Assembly (NCBI GenBank): GCA_963725865.1 | Contig: CAVSAC010000012.1 | Span: forward strand, 448,001 to 512,000 | DNA from: Candidatus Eiseniibacteriota bacterium | GTDB lineage: Bacteria; Eisenbacteria; RBG-16-71-46 | Direction: 5' to 3' | Length of the DNA stretch: 64,000 nt | Shown here: positions 59,106-64,000 of the stretch, piece by piece | Position numbering within the stretch: position 1 is the stretch's first letter | How the letters are laid out: each line of letters starts with the position of its first letter | Made by a program: the position numbers and the translations under genes | The notes under the pieces: generated by a model | Told to the model about the DNA's origin: nothing | Database searches by the model: none | The model's input: only the letters and a program-made list of their open reading frames with translations

Positions 59106-59683
59106 CAGCGGCACTCGATCGTGAACTCGGTGATGGGATCACCACCGCCGAGGATGCGCGTGGAGGCCAGACGCACCTTGCTGTAGCCGCGGGTGAACGC
59201 GCTGTCGCCGCGCAGCGTGGCTTCGAGGTTCATGACGCTGCGCATGCGGTCCTCGCCGGGCCCGGCGCGCAGCACGCCGGTGATCACGAGCATCTCGGCG
59301 TTCGCCGCGCCTTCGAGTCCCTGCGGGTTCACGGTCGCGGAGGTGAGGCGGGCTTCGGCCGGCAGCAATTTTGCGAGCCGCACCAGCCGATCGCGCCAGT
59401 GCACCGGGTTGCTCAGGAAGCGCTCGATCTGCGCCAGCGACTCGGCCGACAGCCGGGTGTCCGCGGTGGCGCCCTGGATCTGGCGGAGCCGCAGCGCCTG
59501 GCGTTCCACCTCGCCGGCGCGCCGCGTGACCACCGCGCAATTGAGACCGTAGAGCCCCAGCACCACCACGATCGCACCGAAGTAGGCGACCCACAGTCCC
59601 AGCAGGAACACCCGCCGGCGGGCCTTGGCGACGTCGCGCTGATAGGCCTCGCGGCGGAAGTTGATCTGGAACACCGGCATCAT
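59105..59683 (-). CDS. PilN-like protein
   Basis: N-terminal INF motif, TM helix, W...L..L...LP...RLT, C-terminal F.I.C. Confidence 0.75.
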   Translation of the reverse strand: MMPVFQINFRREAYQRDVAKARRRVFLLGLWVAYFGAIVVVLGLYGLNCAVVTRRAGEVERQALRLRQIQGATADTRLSAESLAQIERFLSNPVHWRDRLVRLAKLLPAEARLTSATVNPQGLEGAANAEMLVITGVLRAGPGEDRMRSVMNLEATLRGDSAFTRGYSKVRLASTRILGGGDPITEFTIECR

Positions 59684-60735
59684 GCCGACCTCTGCGCCAG
59701 GCCGAACGCGGTCGCGAACTGCGGTCCCGCGGTGCCGGAGGAATCCAGGCCGTGGAGCGACTCGAGCGGATTGAACAGCAGCACCGGGATGCCCAGCAGC
59801 TCCGAGAGCCGCGCCGCCAGCCCGGGCAGCCGTGCCGATCCGCCCGAGATGCGAAGCCGCAGCGGATCGGGCAGGCGCCCGACGGTGCGATAGAACGCGA
59901 ACGAGCGGCGCAGCTCCTCGGCGAGATCGCGCCGCAGGGTCTCGAGCACCGCGCGCATCTCGAGCGAGTCCCAGTCGACCCGGAAGCCCGGCGAATCGGC
60001 GCCGGCCGCGAGCTTCCATTCCTCCGCCTCGGCCACCGAGGAGCCGGTGCCCTCGGCGATCGCGCGCGTGATGGCGCGGCCCCCGAAGTCGATCCGGCGC
60101 GCGAAATACGGCTCGCCCTTCTGCCACAGCGTCAGATGGGACGCGGTGTGGCCGAGGTCGAGCAGCGCCACCGGCTCGCGATCCTTCTCGGACTGCGTGG
60201 ACGCGAGCGCGTTGGTGAGCGCCAGCGGGGCCGCGTCCACGATGTCCGCCTCGAGGCCGAGCAGCTTGAGCGGTGCGCACGCGCGATGCAGGCGTTCCTG
60301 CGAGACCGCGGCCAGCAGGACTTCGAGCTTCTTCTCGACCGGGTAGCGGGCGACGATCTGGAAGTCGAGCACCATGCCCTGCGGATCGAACGGCAAGTGC
60401 TTGCGCGCCTCGAACCGCAGCGCCGGCCCGACCTCGGCGTCGTCGAGCAGCGGCAGCGAGATCTGCTTGAGGATGACGTCGGGGCCCGTGACGGCCAGCG
60501 AGACGCCGCGCAGCCCACGTGCCGAGAGCCCGGCCTGGCCGAGCGCGTCCGAGATCGCGCGCGCCACGACCTCGGGCGCGTGCGGACGTTCGCCGTCCCC
60601 GTCCTGGCCGGGGAGTGGCAACTCGGCGAGCCAGTGGCGCGCGGCGACCACCCCACCCTGCAGGGCGAGCACCTTGACGCTGTAGGCACCGACATCGAGC
60701 CCGACCCACGGCCGGCTGCGGAGGCCAGCCCTCAT
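59680..60735 (-). CDS. pilM: Type IV pilus assembly protein PilM
   Basis: VGLDVGAYSVK, LPFD...LDFQ, LDLG, ISGGSA.L.GL, A.AFGLA.R. Confidence 0.9.
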   Translation of the reverse strand: MRAGLRSRPWVGLDVGAYSVKVLALQGGVVAARHWLAELPLPGQDGDGERPHAPEVVARAISDALGQAGLSARGLRGVSLAVTGPDVILKQISLPLLDDAEVGPALRFEARKHLPFDPQGMVLDFQIVARYPVEKKLEVLLAAVSQERLHRACAPLKLLGLEADIVDAAPLALTNALASTQSEKDREPVALLDLGHTASHLTLWQKGEPYFARRIDFGGRAITRAIAEGTGSSVAEAEEWKLAAGADSPGFRVDWDSLEMRAVLETLRRDLAEELRRSFAFYRTVGRLPDPLRLRISGGSARLPGLAARLSELLGIPVLLFNPLESLHGLDSSGTAGPQFATAFGLAQRSA

Positions 60736-60748
60736 CGTCCTTGATTCC

Positions 60749-62073
60749 TCATGGGGTCTTATCCTGCCACGTTCCAGCGATCATGTTGAAACGGGCGCCG
60801 ACGGTGCTGCTGCCGGGCAAGGCATCGTGGTCTTTGAGCCAGTCGATCGGTTGTTCGGCGACCGAGGAGTACTGGAGCTTGAACCAGATTCCGCTCGGCG
60901 TCGGCGGCGGCCAAGGCGGTGGGCCCGAAACCACGTCGTAGTAGTGAGGGCTGGGAGGCTCCAGTCCCGCACAGACGATCGAGGTGTTGTACGCGTAGCC
61001 GGTGTTGGTCGCTGGACTGCTGATGCGATCCAGGTAGACGACTCCGTCGCTGACGATGATCACGGTGATCGGCGTGCCCGTCGTATCCACTTGGATGAAG
61101 TCCTGCGTCAGAATGCCGGCATCCGGTCGTCGCCGGGAGTCGCGTCCATTGCGCCCCGCGACGATCACCAGCGTCGGATTCGTGCCCTCACCGTTGACTG
61201 CCAGATCGGCCATCCAGACGCAATCCGCGCGCGAGCAGCCAGACGGCGTTACCCTTCACCTTGATCCTGAGACTGCTGTGGGTCGACCGGCGACCAGAGT
61301 CGTAGAAGCTGTACGCCCAGCCGTGCGGAGGCGTGATGTAGTACGCCAGACGTGCCGGGGCCTGGCGTCATCTCGAGACACGATCGGGTTACTCCCGAGG
61401 CGTCATGTGCTCGGGAGGCCCCGCGAGCGCGCTTTCGGCGGCGATGAAGCTGGACGACGTCGGGCGTCGTCACGCTGTCGAATCGCACCACCCGGTGAAG
61501 CCGCCAAGCACCGGCTGCCACGAACGGTCGTGAGAGTTCTGCCAGACGTCCCCGTTCAGGAACATCGGTCCGGTTGAGCGAGTCATGCCGGCGGGGTATC
61601 CCGAGGCTCGCAAGGGGATCACGCATGCCGCTCGACGACGTGATGAGCCGCTTGTACTGGTCCTCCCTGAGCTCGGGCACGAACCACGCCACGTACGCCT
61701 GCGTCGAGTTTCCGCGACTCGCACGCACACGCAGCATTACCTGCCCGCCCCAGCTCACGGGCCCCGCCGTGTTCCCGGCCTGCCAGGCGATCGTCGAGTC
61801 CACTCCCGCGGGCAGATTGCTCTGCACGCTCTCCAGTCGATAGGGCGACACCGTGAGCATGTATTTCGCGCGCTCGAATCCGCTCATCGCGTCGTTGTAG
61901 GCCTGCTGCTCCTGCATCGCCTGGCGCATGAACTGGGCTTCGTAGCTCGACAGGCTGAACACCGAGAGGCCCAGGATGGTCAGCGCCATCACGAAGATCA
62001 CCACGCCGACCAGCACGAAGCCTTCGGACTGCGGCGCGTCGACCGCGCACGGGAGGACCCGGGGCGCTCTCAT
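60749..62073 (-). pseudogene. PilX-like minor pilin with multiple frameshifts (real decay or sequence error)
   Basis: N-terminal EGFVLVGVVIFV...AY.DA.SG.E. The protein-like reading switches frame about five times between ~61630 and ~61210 before the C-terminal ORF 60749-61213. Confidence 0.65.
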
Positions 62074-62588
62074 GGCTGGGTCGGCGGGTTGTTTGGCAGG
62101 TAGAGCCCCGAGGTCACGCCGACGTGCTGATCCTCGGGAGAGCACATGCGCAGCTCGAACCGCACGTAGGACGTGTCGACGTTCGTCACGAACCTGAACC
62201 GTTCGACCTGCGACACCTGCAGCGGTCCGCGGTCGCCACTTCCGTCCCGCTCGAAGTGCACACGCTGGTCGCCGGCGCTCCACCAGTAGTGGTAGGTGTT
62301 GGTTCCCGCGCTGGTCGGCACGAAGAACGTCACGGACTGCAGGCTGTCGCCCTGCACGTCGGTGACCACCACCTGATTCGCCCCGCGCGCGCGTTCGGTG
62401 AGGTCGGTCACGAGCTGCGTGACCTCACGCTGGGTCACCGCCTGGCTCGACGAATCGAGCCACACTCCCTGCGAGCTCATGTAAAAGCCCACCAGCCCGA
62501 TCATGACCACGCTCGCGAGCACGGTTGCGACCGTGAGCTCGGTGAGTGTCACGCCGCGTTCGGGATGTCGTGACGGGGGAGGGGTCAT
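62070..62588 (-). CDS. Minor pilin (PilW/GspJ-like)
   Basis: Class III signal RG/VTLTEL followed by a hydrophobic helix. Confidence 0.8.
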   Translation of the reverse strand: MTPPPSRHPERGVTLTELTVATVLASVVMIGLVGFYMSSQGVWLDSSSQAVTQREVTQLVTDLTERARGANQVVVTDVQGDSLQSVTFFVPTSAGTNTYHYWWSAGDQRVHFERDGSGDRGPLQVSQVERFRFVTNVDTSYVRFELRMCSPEDQHVGVTSGLYLPNNPPTQP

Positions 62589-63049
62589 GGTGCTTTCGGG
62601 ATCAGTCGAGTGATGGTGATGGTATCGACCTCGCGGCCGGTCCCGTGAACGACGAACAACGTGAGTAGCTTGAGGTCCTGCGACGTGCTGGTGGTCGCTG
62701 GATCGTCGTACCAGTCCACCGTCCACTGCGAACTACCGCTCGCCACACCCGGAACGGAGAAGGGGATCGGAGTGCCCGGATAGGGCCCGCCGACCCTCAG
62801 ACTGTCGCTGTCCGGTCGCGTCGCGACGAGCCGCTCGATCAGCGACATCTGCCGCTGGGCCTCGCCCAGCGCCGCGCGCTTCCCGGCATACCGGTCGATG
62901 AGTCCGTGACCGAGGCCGAACGAATACGCGAGACCGATGACCGCCACGATGGCGATCAAGGCCGCGACCATCGCCTCCATGAGCGAGAACCCGCGCTCAT
63001 GCGCGCGAGGCGCCCGGTGGGCGCCCCGCGCCATGTCGGTCGTCGTCAC
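62585..63049 (-). CDS. Minor pilin (PilV-like)
   Basis: Class III signal RG/FSLMEAMVA. Confidence 0.82.
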   Translation of the reverse strand: MTTTDMARGAHRAPRAHERGFSLMEAMVAALIAIVAVIGLAYSFGLGHGLIDRYAGKRAALGEAQRQMSLIERLVATRPDSDSLRVGGPYPGTPIPFSVPGVASGSSQWTVDWYDDPATTSTSQDLKLLTLFVVHGTGREVDTITITRLIPKAP

Positions 63050-63056
63050 GTTCGGT

Positions 63057-63455
63057 TCAGCGGCTGAAGTTGCCGCCTCCGATGCGGGTGAAGAAGTACG
63101 ACACCGAATCCCCCGGCGAGCCGATCGCCGCGGCGGTGACCGTGAAGCCGGAAGTGTCGCCCTGCGTGACCTGGAAAATCCACTTGGCCTCGGCCTCGGG
63201 GATGTCGAGCAGCCGCTGGCTCTTGAGCGTGCCCAGATCGGGGGCGTAGGTCCCGGGGCCGGCGATGGCGCTCTTCTGGTAGTACGCCTGCTGCGCGCTC
63301 ACGATCGCGCCGATGGCGCCCTTGGCCTCGGTGAGCTTCGCGTCGCGGACGTAGTTGATGTAGAGCGGCACCGCGACCGCCGCCAGGATCGCGACGATGA
63401 CGATCACCACCATCAGCTCCATCAGCGTGAAGCCCTTCTGATTCTTCCTGCGCAT
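63057..63455 (-). CDS. pilA: Type IV major pilin
   Basis: KG/FTLMELMVVIVIVAILAAVAVP.Y..Y...AK..EA. Confidence 0.88.
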   Translation of the reverse strand: MRRKNQKGFTLMELMVVIVIVAILAAVAVPLYINYVRDAKLTEAKGAIGAIVSAQQAYYQKSAIAGPGTYAPDLGTLKSQRLLDIPEAEAKWIFQVTQGDTSGFTVTAAAIGSPGDSVSYFFTRIGGGNFSR

Positions 63456-63592
63456 GGGTCCTGATCTCCTCGTTGTGGGGTCCCGGCGTACCGGTCACTG
63501 CCGGATCCAGACCACCCGGGCCCGATCCGTCACCGCGCCACGATAGCAGAGCGAGCGCAACCTCCGTGCGGCGCGCGCCCCCAATGAACGTC

Positions 63593-64000
63593 CTAGTGTC
63601 CCAGCATCCCGGCCTTCATCGCCTGGCCGAGGTTGAAGATGGGCAGGTACAGCGCGATCAGCATGATCCCGATGATGCCGCCCAGCACCACGATCGCGAT
63701 CGGCTCGACCAGCGAACTCATGCCCTCGACGGCCGCGCTGACCCGCTGCTCGTAGAAGTCGGCGGTGCGCGAGAGCATGGAGTCGAGCTTGCCGGTCTCC
63801 TCGCCAGTGGCCGTCATCTGGACCACCATCTCGGGGAAGACCCCGGAATCGGTCATGGCCTTCGAGAGCGCCACGCCTTCCTCGACGCGGACCCGTACGA
63901 AGTCGATGCCCTGCTCCAGCACCTTGTTCCCCGGCACGGGCCGCATGACTTTGAGGGCGTACAGGATCTGGGTGCCGCTCGAGGTCAGGATGCCCAGGGT
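63593..64000 (-). CDS. pilC: PilC/GspF platform protein, C-terminal part (5' end outside window)
   Basis: FP.MVVQM..TGEETGKLD.ML...ADFYE...EP...LYLPIF. Confidence 0.9.
   Translation of the reverse strand, partial: TLGILTSSGTQILYALKVMRPVPGNKVLEQGIDFVRVRVEEGVALSKAMTDSGVFPEMVVQMTATGEETGKLDSMLSRTADFYEQRVSAAVEGMSSLVEPIAIVVLGGIIGIMLIALYLPIFNLGQAMKAGMLGH

Noticed and set aside
60749..63455. Diversity-generating retroelement or invertase-driven pilin variation
   Set aside because: No reverse transcriptase, recombinase, template repeat or duplicated pilin cassette is present in the window.
63557..63571. Sigma54-like sequence CCGCACG-GAGG-TTGC upstream of pilA
   Set aside because: The near-invariant -24 GG reads CG, so it cannot be called despite the suggestive position.

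Overview
A very GC-rich bacterial chromosomal segment from a diderm organism. Four secreted proteins with FlgD-Ig/T9SS-like C-terminal tails suggest an FCB-affiliated lineage such as Ca. Eisenbacteria (inference only). Left to right it holds: a partial TLC/Npt-type transporter-HEAT gene; a BlaI + BlaR1(M56)-TPR pair with a tandem palindromic operator; a thioredoxin; an 890-aa coiled-coil protein; an internally deleted beta-carbonic anhydrase behind a Cys-codon leader ORF and terminator; three ECF sigma + Ser/Thr kinase modules interleaved with secreted proteins (one a PQQ-type dehydrogenase-PKD-pentaheme cytochrome fusion); a TonB-dependent receptor; GT-C-like membrane proteins; a DUF222-like/HNH gene; yebC; a Na+/solute symporter pair; a CorE-like Cys-rich ECF sigma preceded by an unannotated 48-aa, 11-Cys metallothionein-like ORF; a urate/allantoin catabolic operon (puuD, allB, alc-uraD fusion, uraH, allA); an AEC transporter; an RND pump; fabH; and a type IV pilus cluster whose pilX-like gene carries several frameshifts. 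I saw no rRNA, tRNA or CRISPR array. All family calls are from motif recognition by eye, without database searches.
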